Source of the DNA: Planctomycetales bacterium
GTDB taxonomy: Bacteria > 4484-113 > JAFGCY01
Direction of reading: 5' to 3'
DNA: 32,000 nt
Assembly (NCBI GenBank): GCA_022646745.1
Contig: CP060262.1
Location: 600,001 to 632,000 of the forward strand
The notes below the pieces were generated by a model that worked only from the letters and a program-made list of their open reading frames with translations, was not told where the DNA came from and did not search any database. This document shows positions 1-6,930 of the stretch, in pieces. Within the stretch, counting starts at the first letter, position 1; every line of letters begins with the position of its first letter. The translations under genes and the position numbers were made by a program.

Positions 1-1062
1 CCTGAGCGGGTTGCTCTGCACGCGGAACTGGCCCACGATCGTGCTGGAATGGCTCACCGCATACTCCAGTGCGGCACTGTAGCTGTGGGCGTCCCGGTGC
101 TCGATGTTCTGCCAGTCCGGCGTACCAATGAAGATGTAGTCCGCATTCAGGTAGGCCCGCATATGGTCCGTCAGCTGGGTCTGGTACAGCGCGCCGAGCG
201 AGAAGTCCATCCCGCCGCTGCCGAGCGCCGAGGAGCTGTCCCCGGTAGGCAGCTTGACTGTGCCTCGGACGGCCAGCGCTTCACTGCCATCCTCATTCTC
301 GCTGAGGCGGTGCTTGTAGCCGAGCCGGATGTCACCGATGCCGAAGCTGTCACCTTCGTCATTGAACACCGCACCATCGCGGGTCACGATCACATACTGG
401 TAGAGCTGGTTCGGGTAGTCGTCGCGCAGGCCGCGTGGCAGGCCGAAGAACTTGTGCCAGTCCGTGATCAGTCCGTCGAAGGTACCGGCACTGCGGTAGC
501 GGATCGGCACATTCACCATGAACTCGCCATTGCCCGTGCCCTCGCGGTACTCACCGCTGAACTGGTACTCCTCGAAGTCAAAGGAAGCGATGATGCCGCT
601 GTCCAGCTCACGGATCATGCTGTTGGCCATGTCCAGCTTGAAGCTGAAGCTGCGCCGGCCCTTGCCCAGGAGCGATGCGCGCTCCGGGATCGGGGTGAGG
701 AAGATCGCGTTCGTCGGATGCATGTTGATGATGCCCATCGGGCCGAAGAACTCGATTTCGAGGCATTCATTGCAGGAGGAGCAGCTGCTGCAGGAATCAC
801 AGCCGCAATCGCTGCAGCTTTCGGAGCAATCGCAGGAGGAGTGGTCCGAAGCAGCACCTTCCACATCCACCGGCATTGCTACTTCAGTGGAGTCGGATTC
901 AGTGCGGGGGGCTGGATCAGGCGCGGTGTCCCGTTCGACGGCGCCGAGCTGCTTGGCGTTTCCCGGGTTGGCGATGCCGTCACGCGCTGAGTCGGCCTGC
1001 GCCTCCGTGCACGCAAGAAAAAAGCAGGCAGCGAGCCCCGCTATCCCGATGGCCTTCCTCAC
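1..1062 (-). CDS. Secreted / outer-membrane protein, DUF3187-like beta-barrel candidate (partial; C-terminus lies left of the window)
   Basis: This ORF is not in the supplied track because its stop is outside the window. I checked every plus-strand triplet from 1-3 onward and found no tta/cta/tca up to 1170, so the minus frame is open from position 1. A GTG at 1062 gives MRKAIGIAGLAACFFLACTEAQADSARDG (signal peptide), then ...CDCSESCSDCGCDSCSSCSSCNEC..FFGPMGIINMHPTNAIFLTP..FDGLITDWHKFFGLPRGLRDDYPN..GIGDIRLGYKHRL..PDWQNIEHRDAHSYSAALEYAVSHSSTIVGQFRVQSNPLR. An in-frame ATG at 1143 is an alternative start but would overlap the upstream gene. The DUF3187 assignment is from memory of the family pattern. 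Confidence 0.6.
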   Translation of the reverse strand, partial: MRKAIGIAGLAACFFLACTEAQADSARDGIANPGNAKQLGAVERDTAPDPAPRTESDSTEVAMPVDVEGAASDHSSCDCSESCSDCGCDSCSSCSSCNECLEIEFFGPMGIINMHPTNAIFLTPIPERASLLGKGRRSFSFKLDMANSMIRELDSGIIASFDFEEYQFSGEYREGTGNGEFMVNVPIRYRSAGTFDGLITDWHKFFGLPRGLRDDYPNQLYQYVIVTRDGAVFNDEGDSFGIGDIRLGYKHRLSENEDGSEALAVRGTVKLPTGDSSSALGSGGMDFSLGALYQTQLTDHMRAYLNADYIFIGTPDWQNIEHRDAHSYSAALEYAVSHSSTIVGQFRVQSNPLR

Positions 1063-1087
1063 CGTTTGATTATACAGCTGGCCCGGC

Positions 1088-1348
1088 TCAGCGCCCGAGG
1101 CTGCGGCGGATGCTGTCCTGAACGCGGTCGGACTGGCCGGCATGCTCCAGCCGGGTGATGGTGGCGATGTTCACATATGTATGCCCGCCGCGGAACTGGC
1201 CGGCCTGGCGCATCGCGGTGTTGCTCGGCTCGACGGCGATGAAGTCGTCATACACTTCGGTGATGCGCACGCCGTTGTAGTGCACGCCGTCATTGCCCGT
1301 GATGTTGAGCTCAACACCCTCGTTCATCAGTCTTTCGCAGAGTTTCAT
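1088..1348 (-). CDS. Small hypothetical protein (86 aa), no family recognised
   Basis: ORF track entry MKLCERLMNEGVELNITGNDGVHYNGVRITEVYDDFIAVEP... A GGAGG at 1358-1362 (minus) lies 9 nt upstream of the ATG. The gene starts 21 nt after the DUF1643 stop, which suggests co-transcription. Confidence 0.6.
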   Translation of the reverse strand: MKLCERLMNEGVELNITGNDGVHYNGVRITEVYDDFIAVEPSNTAMRQAGQFRGGHTYVNIATITRLEHAGQSDRVQDSIRRSLGR

Positions 1349-1369
1349 TGCCTGTGTCCTCCAGCGGAA

Positions 1370-1888
1370 TTATAGACCGGCCAGCGCGCTGAGATCAAAG
1401 GGCTGCGGCCGCAGTTCGGCGGACAGGTAGAGCGGGTGCTTCGGTTCCCCGCTGCCGTTGACAGCGAGTGCCGTGGCCGCGATCCCGCCATCCAGCAGCA
1501 GCCTGGCGACATCACGGCTGCGGGAATTCAGCCGCGCATGGTTGCCCCAGGCCACCACTACCACCCCGGCGCGTGATGCAATCTCCATTATCCAGCGGTC
1601 GTTGTCAGCGCCGACCGGCTCCTCGGGGTCCTTCAGGCCCTTCGGGTCAGTGGAGCGCCAGCCGAACACGTTGGTGGTGATCATCCCGCCCATCCCCCAG
1701 TCCCAGGCGAAACCGCGGCAGCGCCGGTTGGTCGGGTCATCCTTGGTGGCGGTCGCCGTCGAGGGGTTCAGGCAGATGAAGTTGGCAAAGGGCTTGCCTT
1801 CGTCCCAGATGCGCTCCAGCGTGTAGCGGTATCGCTCGCAGGGCGAGAACACGGCATCCGTGCGGCATTCTTCGAGGGAGGGGATCAC
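1370..1888 (-). CDS. DUF1643 domain-containing protein
   Basis: 172 aa with a GTG start. Family-typical blocks are present: FSPCERYRYTLERIW, FICLNPSTA, DPTNRRCRGFA, GGMITTNVFGWRSTDPKGL, GADNDRWI, VVVAWGNHA and EPKHPLYL. Confidence 0.8.
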   Translation of the reverse strand: MIPSLEECRTDAVFSPCERYRYTLERIWDEGKPFANFICLNPSTATATKDDPTNRRCRGFAWDWGMGGMITTNVFGWRSTDPKGLKDPEEPVGADNDRWIMEIASRAGVVVVAWGNHARLNSRSRDVARLLLDGGIAATALAVNGSGEPKHPLYLSAELRPQPFDLSALAGL

Positions 1889-1919
1889 AGAGATATTGTA
1901 GGCGCGGGAAGCGGATGCT

Positions 1920-1928
1920 TGTTACAAT
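1920..1928 (+). promoter_or_regulatory. Candidate extended -10 promoter (TGT-TACAAT) for the plus-strand lipoprotein gene
   Basis: tgttacaat at 1920-1928 lies 31 nt upstream of the ATG at 1959, with GGGGAG as a Shine-Dalgarno between them. No convincing -35 element was found. Confidence 0.3.
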
Positions 1929-1958
1929 CAGCTTGCTACTGGCACTGGGGAGAAGCCG

Positions 1959-2552
1959 ATGTCGAAACTGTTCCTGATTGCATTGCTATCTGTCGTCTGC
2001 ATGCTCATGTGTACCTGCGGAGCTGGATCCGGAATTGACAACCCAACGGCTGGCTCAAACCCGGAGATCGTGCTGCTGCCGGAGATCAACCGGATGGTGC
2101 CGGCACCGGAGGTTGAGGTTCTGGTTGATACTGCCAATCCACTGCCACCCAGCGAAAGATATCCGACCAATGTCAGCTATCAGCAAGGACCATACATGGT
2201 ATCCATGGCATCTACAGTGCTGGATAATGGCACATACAGGATCCAGTTCGGAATTATCAACAATTCGGATGAAACGCAGAGCATTTTCAGCAGTGGTTTT
2301 CCATTCCCAGATCTATATCTTCGGAATGACAGTGGTGTGGACCTTGTTTATTATTTTCTGGACAGACCATTGCAGCGCACTACCAGTAGATTTCTCCAAC
2401 CAATTGAAATCAAGCTGGAACCGGCTGAATCAACCTTGTGGGAAGCATTTGTCGAGCCCCACCATATAACTGGCAATCCTCAGGATTACTATCTCAAACT
2501 GCACTGGGCAATTCCACCCTGGCCGGACATGTATGTCGCTCTGGATGATTAG
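1959..2552 (+). CDS. Secreted / probable lipoprotein, possibly a BsuPI-like (proteinase-inhibitor-type) beta-sandwich
   Basis: 197 aa. The N-terminus MSKLFLIALLSVVCMLMCTCGAG is hydrophobic with Cys residues. The body YRIQFGIINNSDETQSIFSSGFPFPDLYLRNDSGVDLVYYF...IKLEPAESTLWEAFV resembles the BsuPI pattern, but this is a weak recall-based call. It is the only plus-strand gene, and GC is clearly lower here (42-45% in lines 2221-2400). Confidence 0.6.
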   Translation: MSKLFLIALLSVVCMLMCTCGAGSGIDNPTAGSNPEIVLLPEINRMVPAPEVEVLVDTANPLPPSERYPTNVSYQQGPYMVSMASTVLDNGTYRIQFGIINNSDETQSIFSSGFPFPDLYLRNDSGVDLVYYFLDRPLQRTTSRFLQPIEIKLEPAESTLWEAFVEPHHITGNPQDYYLKLHWAIPPWPDMYVALDD

Positions 2553-2563
2553 CGGGGGCTTCC

Positions 2564-4858
2564 CTATGGCTTCGGTTGCCAGAAGCTGTAGACGGTCTCC
2601 AGCCGGTCCGGTTCGTAGTCCAGGTTCTGTGAAGACCAGAACACCCCGAGGTTGCCATCCACATCGAGCGTGTTGACTTCCATCCGGCAGCGGTCAAACC
2701 CGGCCGGCCCCGGCAACTGCATCACGTTCCAGAAACCATTGAGGTAACCCGGCACGGGGTAGATCGCACTGGCCAGCCAGGCATTGGCGTTCAGGTCATC
2801 ACTCCAGCTGATGTAGGGAATATCGCCGATGAAGTCCATGCTGAGGTTCTTGGGTTCCTGGTCGTTCAGGTTCACCACTATCCCCCCGGTCCAGTCCGTA
2901 TTGACAGCCGGCATGCTGCCGGTACCTGACAACAGGTAGGCAACCGCGCCGACGCCTTCAAGGTTTCCCCAGGCGCAGGCAATGGCAGGCAGGCCGTTTC
3001 GTTCATGCATGTCAACACCGGCGGAGTTGCCATAGGAAGAGGAGGAAATATCGAGCACACGGTGGCTGTCCCAGTCGGCTGGAACGCTGGGAGATGGGCT
3101 GTGCGCCAGGCTGAGGTGCAGCTCGGTATTCGTCTGCATCACGACACCCGGTACGCCGTTGAAGTCTGCAATGTCGAAATCCCAGACGGGATCAGCTGGC
3201 AAGGTGCCGGCAATGCTGTAGCTCCAGTCATCCTGGGCTGGCTCCGCCACACTGCTATAGGCGTAGACTACGCTGCCCCCTGGGTAGTCGTCGTTGGCAA
3301 ACACCAGCCCGAGGCCGCCGTTGATCTGCTTCATCACTACCGCGTCAGCATCGCAGTCATCTATATAGACATAATATTCATTGGAGAAGTCCGTAAATGT
3401 TGTCGGCTGGGCTTTGGTGCTGGAAACCACAAAGACCTTGCGGTCAGTCCCTATCCCACTACGGGACTCGAAACTGAATGCGATCCAGGGCTTGCCATTC
3501 ACCTCGACCAGGGACATCCTTGCATCTACCTTGTAGGTGTTCGCCAGCTCGACATCCGTCCAGCCCGAGGGCTGGGCTGCATCGGCATATGCATAGTGCA
3601 GCCTCTGCGGCTGCTCCAGCCAGTAGGCGATCGCCGGCACACCGTTGATCACGGCAGCACTGGCGCGGGTCTCGCCAGTGAATGGATGGAGGGCCACACT
3701 GAGGTAGTCCCAGTCCGCCAGGCAGCCATTCACCGGCTGCCTGGGGGCTGAAGGCCCCTCCGCGCCGATGGCAAGCACGTTGTACTCGTGGGCGGCGAAA
3801 TCCCCCGGGTCATCATCGTAGCTGAATTCGAAGCTGGCAATCGGAACCGTCGCGATCTTGACGGAATCCCGGTAGAGGTCCACTTCCGTTGCCTCCTTGA
3901 AGTACACGCCGGCGATGTGCACATGGTCCCCGAATGCCCGCTCGGATGCGTAGAATTCCGCCACTGCCGGAAGCTGCCTCGCACCTTCGTCAGCATTGCT
4001 GTACTGCACTGACTGCTCAAGGTTGGCCGTGCTCTGGACCCGGTAGACATAGTGCTGGGCATAGACGCATGGTTTGGCAGGCGGGTTGTCGGCCCGGTGC
4101 TCGAAGTAGGTGCTGTCCGCACCACTCAGGTCGGCCAGCAGTCCGTAGGCGGAGTCATCCTCGCCGGCCAGCTTGTAGTACAGGCGGTAGCCCGTCGCCC
4201 CGCTGGCCTGGTCCCAGCTGATCTCCACCCGGTCTGCGAATTTCGCATCAGTCGCATCCAGGTTTGCCGGTGGCAGCAGTGCCCCATTGCCAATCAGGGT
4301 CAGGTTCTCGACCACCGTGCTGCGTCCGTCGTACACCAGCACTCCGATGTAGAGGTTGCCAGCCGGGCTGAAGTAGTCAGCAGCGGCACCGCCGAACAGT
4401 TCCACGACCTGCCCGCCGGCTTCCAGCGGCATTTCCTTGACATGCCAGCTGCCACTTGCGAAGTCGGCAATCAGCACGTACATAGGGCCGCCGGAGAAGT
4501 GCGAGAGGTTTGCCGTGAGCGAAGCGACCTGCAGGTCCGCAGCCAGTCCCGGGAAGCGCCAATAGGCCCAGCGGACCTCCTGTGCAGGTGCGGTGAGGGT
4601 CACGAAGCTCTGCATGTCCTTCGCTTCAGTCGAGGCATGCCACAGCCCGCCATCTACCGTCAGGTTCAGTCCGACACTGGAGCTGCGCGGGGCATCCGGC
4701 AGTTCAACGGGGAACTGCGGTAGCGGGATGCCCGGCTGCTGCTGTGCAGAAGCGGCCAGCAGCTGCGTTCCGGCCGCATGCTCGCTGCGGGAACCTGAAC
4801 AGGCGGACAGCAGGCAGCAGAGTGCCGGCAGGAGGAGGAGAAGACGGATGCGTGCCAT
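2564..4858 (-). CDS. Large lipoprotein with FN3-like domains and a C-terminal beta-propeller-like repeat region
   Basis: 764 aa. The N-terminus MARIRLLLLLPALCCLLSAC carries the lipobox LSAC. GGAG lies 6 nt upstream of the ATG. FN3-like blocks include VEISWDQASGATGYRLYYKL and YNVLAIGAEGPS. About six repeats of the type x-NG-xP-xIAf (VEVNGKPWIAFSF, QINGGLGLVFAN, DFNGVPGVVMQT, ERNGLPAIACAW, FIGDIPYISWSD, DVDGNLGVFWSS) suggest propeller blades. Confidence 0.8.
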   Translation of the reverse strand: MARIRLLLLLPALCCLLSACSGSRSEHAAGTQLLAASAQQQPGIPLPQFPVELPDAPRSSSVGLNLTVDGGLWHASTEAKDMQSFVTLTAPAQEVRWAYWRFPGLAADLQVASLTANLSHFSGGPMYVLIADFASGSWHVKEMPLEAGGQVVELFGGAAADYFSPAGNLYIGVLVYDGRSTVVENLTLIGNGALLPPANLDATDAKFADRVEISWDQASGATGYRLYYKLAGEDDSAYGLLADLSGADSTYFEHRADNPPAKPCVYAQHYVYRVQSTANLEQSVQYSNADEGARQLPAVAEFYASERAFGDHVHIAGVYFKEATEVDLYRDSVKIATVPIASFEFSYDDDPGDFAAHEYNVLAIGAEGPSAPRQPVNGCLADWDYLSVALHPFTGETRASAAVINGVPAIAYWLEQPQRLHYAYADAAQPSGWTDVELANTYKVDARMSLVEVNGKPWIAFSFESRSGIGTDRKVFVVSSTKAQPTTFTDFSNEYYVYIDDCDADAVVMKQINGGLGLVFANDDYPGGSVVYAYSSVAEPAQDDWSYSIAGTLPADPVWDFDIADFNGVPGVVMQTNTELHLSLAHSPSPSVPADWDSHRVLDISSSSYGNSAGVDMHERNGLPAIACAWGNLEGVGAVAYLLSGTGSMPAVNTDWTGGIVVNLNDQEPKNLSMDFIGDIPYISWSDDLNANAWLASAIYPVPGYLNGFWNVMQLPGPAGFDRCRMEVNTLDVDGNLGVFWSSQNLDYEPDRLETVYSFWQPKP

Positions 4859-4887
4859 TTGTTTCTCCGGTCTGGTTACCTGCCTAG

Positions 4888-4893
4888 ATTATA
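4888..4893 (-). promoter_or_regulatory. Candidate -10 box (TATAAT) for the 2564..4858 lipoprotein gene
   Basis: The minus strand reads gcaaTATAATctaggcaggtaaccagaccGGAGaaacaaATG. No good -35 element at 17 nt spacing. Confidence 0.35.
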
Positions 4894-4965
4894 TTGCAGC
4901 GCAGGGGCCGGTGAAGTAACTTCCGGGAATCTGGATCCGGCTGGTTTCGGGATAAACCCTGAAAG

Positions 4966-5613
4966 CTACAACTCTGTCCGGTTGTCAAGTGCGCTCTGCA
5001 GGGTCGCGCTGTCCGTGTAGTCCAGCTGGCTGCCGGAGGGCAGCCCGCGGGCCAGGCGCGTGACGCGGATCCGCGCCAGCGATTCACTGCTGCCAGCTGC
5101 GGCCCTGCGTTCATGCAGTTCGTCCAGCTCCTGGCGGATGTACAGCGCGGTGGCCTCCCCCTCCGGGCTGGCGTTCGTTGCCAGGATCAGCTCGCTGACA
5201 ACTCCGTCCCCTACCCGCGCCAGCAGCTCACTGATCCGCAGGTCCTCGGGCAGCACGCCGGACAGCGGTGAGATCGCCCCGCCCAGCACGTGGTACAGCC
5301 CGTGGTAGCCGCCACCCTTCTCGAGCGCAATGCTGTCGAGTGGGGACTCCACCACGCAGATGATGCTGCGGTCGCGCGCGTTGTCATCGCAGACCCGGCA
5401 GGGCCGGTTGTCCTGCGAGAGGCAGCCGCAGTGCGGGCAGTGCGTCACCCTGGCAACGGCATCATTCAGCGCGTCAGCCAGCGCGGCGATCTCCGCCGGG
5501 TTCTTGTCGATGATCGCGAGCGCCATCCGCTCGGCCGCACGCGGGCCGATGCCGGGCAGGCGGGACAGGCGGTGGATCAGTTCACTGAGGGCTTCGGGCA
5601 GGCTGGCCATCAC
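4966..5613 (-). CDS. recR: Recombination protein RecR
   Basis: Helix-hairpin-helix motif LSRLPGIGPRAAERMA, C4 zinc finger CPHCGCLSQDNRPCRVC, Toprim block RSIICVVESPLD...GLYHVLGG...ELILATNASPEGEATALYI. The start overlaps the ybaB stop by 4 nt. Confidence 0.95.
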   Translation of the reverse strand: MMASLPEALSELIHRLSRLPGIGPRAAERMALAIIDKNPAEIAALADALNDAVARVTHCPHCGCLSQDNRPCRVCDDNARDRSIICVVESPLDSIALEKGGGYHGLYHVLGGAISPLSGVLPEDLRISELLARVGDGVVSELILATNASPEGEATALYIRQELDELHERRAAAGSSESLARIRVTRLARGLPSGSQLDYTDSATLQSALDNRTEL

Positions 5614-5945
5614 ATCCCGAACATGCCGCCGATGCCCGTGGGCATGCTGGCGGACTGCACGGCTTCCATCACCTCATTGTTGCGCGCCTCAGCGGCGCTC
5701 AGTGCACTCTGCGCAGCGGCAAACACCAGGTCCTCGAGGGTTTCGACATCCTCTGGGTCGACCGCTTCCTTCTTGATCTTCACGCTAACGAGCTGCTTGT
5801 GGCCATTGACCACCACGCTCACCAGCCCGCCGCCGCTGGAGCCCTCGATATGCTCGGCAGCCAGCTGCTCGCTGGCGCGGTCCATGTCTTCCTGCATCTT
5901 TGCCTGGAGGCGCTGGGCCTCCTTCAGCATCTTCTTCATGTTCAT
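5610..5945 (-). CDS. ybaB: Nucleoid-associated protein YbaB/EbfC
   Basis: 111 aa. MKKMLKEAQRLQAKMQE...EGSSGGGLVSVVVNGHKQLVSVKI..EAVDPEDVETLEDLV.AA is the typical YbaB pattern. The gene is coupled to recR. Confidence 0.95.
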   Translation of the reverse strand: MNMKKMLKEAQRLQAKMQEDMDRASEQLAAEHIEGSSGGGLVSVVVNGHKQLVSVKIKKEAVDPEDVETLEDLVFAAAQSALSAAEARNNEVMEAVQSASMPTGIGGMFGM

Positions 5946-5978
5946 GGGGGGTACTACCTCGCAACAATTGTAACTGAG

Positions 5979-6419
5979 TCAGGGACGCTCCCTTTCCTCG
6001 ATCGTACCCCGCTCGTCACACCACAAAAGCTTGCGGTCGGTCAGTACGGAGATCTCAAAGCCTTCCCCGTCCTTCGTCACCACGACGCTTCCGACTGTCC
6101 CCATCTTGCCTGGCAGCCGGTCCTGCTCATCCAGCTCGCCGCTGAGAATGTCCTTCTCAAGCAGCTCCTCCAGCGTGGCGTACTTGCCCTCAGTTCGGTG
6201 GTGCCTCAGTTCCGCGGTCTGGATGTCGCCAAGCAGCTCAATGCCCACGCGGTTCTGGCTTTCGTAGCTTTCAGAGACATTGATGCCGGTCATCACGACC
6301 AGGTATCCGATGAAGATGATGGCGGGCAGGATGCAGCAGAAGCGCAGTTTCGGGTCCGTTCCCGGGGGTTTCTTCATCGGTGGCAACTCTGAATTCAGTT
6401 CGGCGTATTGCCTGTCCAT
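5979..6419 (-). CDS. Membrane-anchored pilin-head-like protein (single TM segment, no prepilin cleavage motif)
   Basis: 146 aa. The TM segment LRFCCILPAIIFIGYLVVMTGI is followed by ESQNRVGIELLGDIQTAELRHHRTEGKYATLEELLEKDIL and then beta-type sequence. This has the same layout as the 6492..6923 protein and the four modules of the 8188..9621 protein. AGGAAA lies upstream of the ATG. Confidence 0.65.
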   Translation of the reverse strand: MDRQYAELNSELPPMKKPPGTDPKLRFCCILPAIIFIGYLVVMTGINVSESYESQNRVGIELLGDIQTAELRHHRTEGKYATLEELLEKDILSGELDEQDRLPGKMGTVGSVVVTKDGEGFEISVLTDRKLLWCDERGTIEERERP

Positions 6420-6491
6420 CCGTTTTCCTGGAAGCGTGATTAGCTGCTGGAATCATATCAGCCAGCCATGGCGGTGCATCCTGTGCCAGAC

Positions 6492-6923
6492 CTAGCGGGG
6501 TCGTTCGACATCCAGGAAGCGGCGCGTGTCAGCAGCATCCGTGCTGTATTTCCCGCGCAGGAAGCGCACGGTGATCCTGTAGTCCATCCGGTCCATCGGC
6601 AGTTCGCACTCGGCGCTGATACCCTCCTCCACCTGCGCCTTGCCATCGACTATCGGATAGCTGACCAGCCCGAAGTCCTTCAACTCCTCAAGCGTGCCAT
6701 AGCGGCCATGGGATTCGAAGTAGCCCTCCTCGGCGTACTTCAGGAAGGCTGTGTGCATGTAGGCAGTGTCGCGCAGCGTTGTGTAGCCCTCGCTGCTGAA
6801 CACCTTCACGTAGAGCAGGCCGCCGGCCACTGCCATAATGACGAGCAGGATGCCCACGCGCAGGCCGTAGGGAACAACACGGCGTTCCTCACCGGTGCGG
6901 GGATCGATCACTGTGCCGGACAT
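6492..6923 (-). CDS. Membrane-anchored pilin-head-like protein (paralogue of 5979..6419)
   Basis: I trimmed the start to the ATG at 6923 (MSGTVIDPRTGEERR...) because the track start at 7013 would overlap the pilin gene by 83 nt with low-complexity S/T/R sequence. The TM segment GLRVGILLVIMAVAGGLLYV is followed by LRDTAYMHTAFLKYAEEGYFESHGRYGTLEELKDFGL. Confidence 0.6.
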   Translation of the reverse strand: MSGTVIDPRTGEERRVVPYGLRVGILLVIMAVAGGLLYVKVFSSEGYTTLRDTAYMHTAFLKYAEEGYFESHGRYGTLEELKDFGLVSYPIVDGKAQVEEGISAECELPMDRMDYRITVRFLRGKYSTDAADTRRFLDVERPR

Positions 6924-6930
6924 CGCCGGA

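Noticed and set aside
49-1069. Plus-strand ORFs 49..990 (313 aa) and 518..1069 (183 aa)
   Set aside because: Their translations are Ala/Arg/Val/Gly-rich without motifs. The opposite strand carries a fully open frame with a signal peptide and family-like blocks, so these are antisense shadows of the minus-strand gene.
1890-2563. Mobile element or genomic islet around the low-GC gene
   Set aside because: There is no integrase or transposase, no flanking direct or inverted repeats and no tRNA. Only the compositional anomaly remains, so it is reported as a finding and not annotated as a mobile element.
4859-4965. Terminator hairpin after recR
   Set aside because: Only a weak 5-bp GGTTT/AAACC stem without a U-tract is present, which is not enough to annotate.
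6470-6490. Sigma54-like TGGCAC-aggaTGCA upstream of the 5979..6419 gene
   Set aside because: The GG-to-GC spacing is 8 nt, not the required 10, so it does not fit the -24/-12 geometry.
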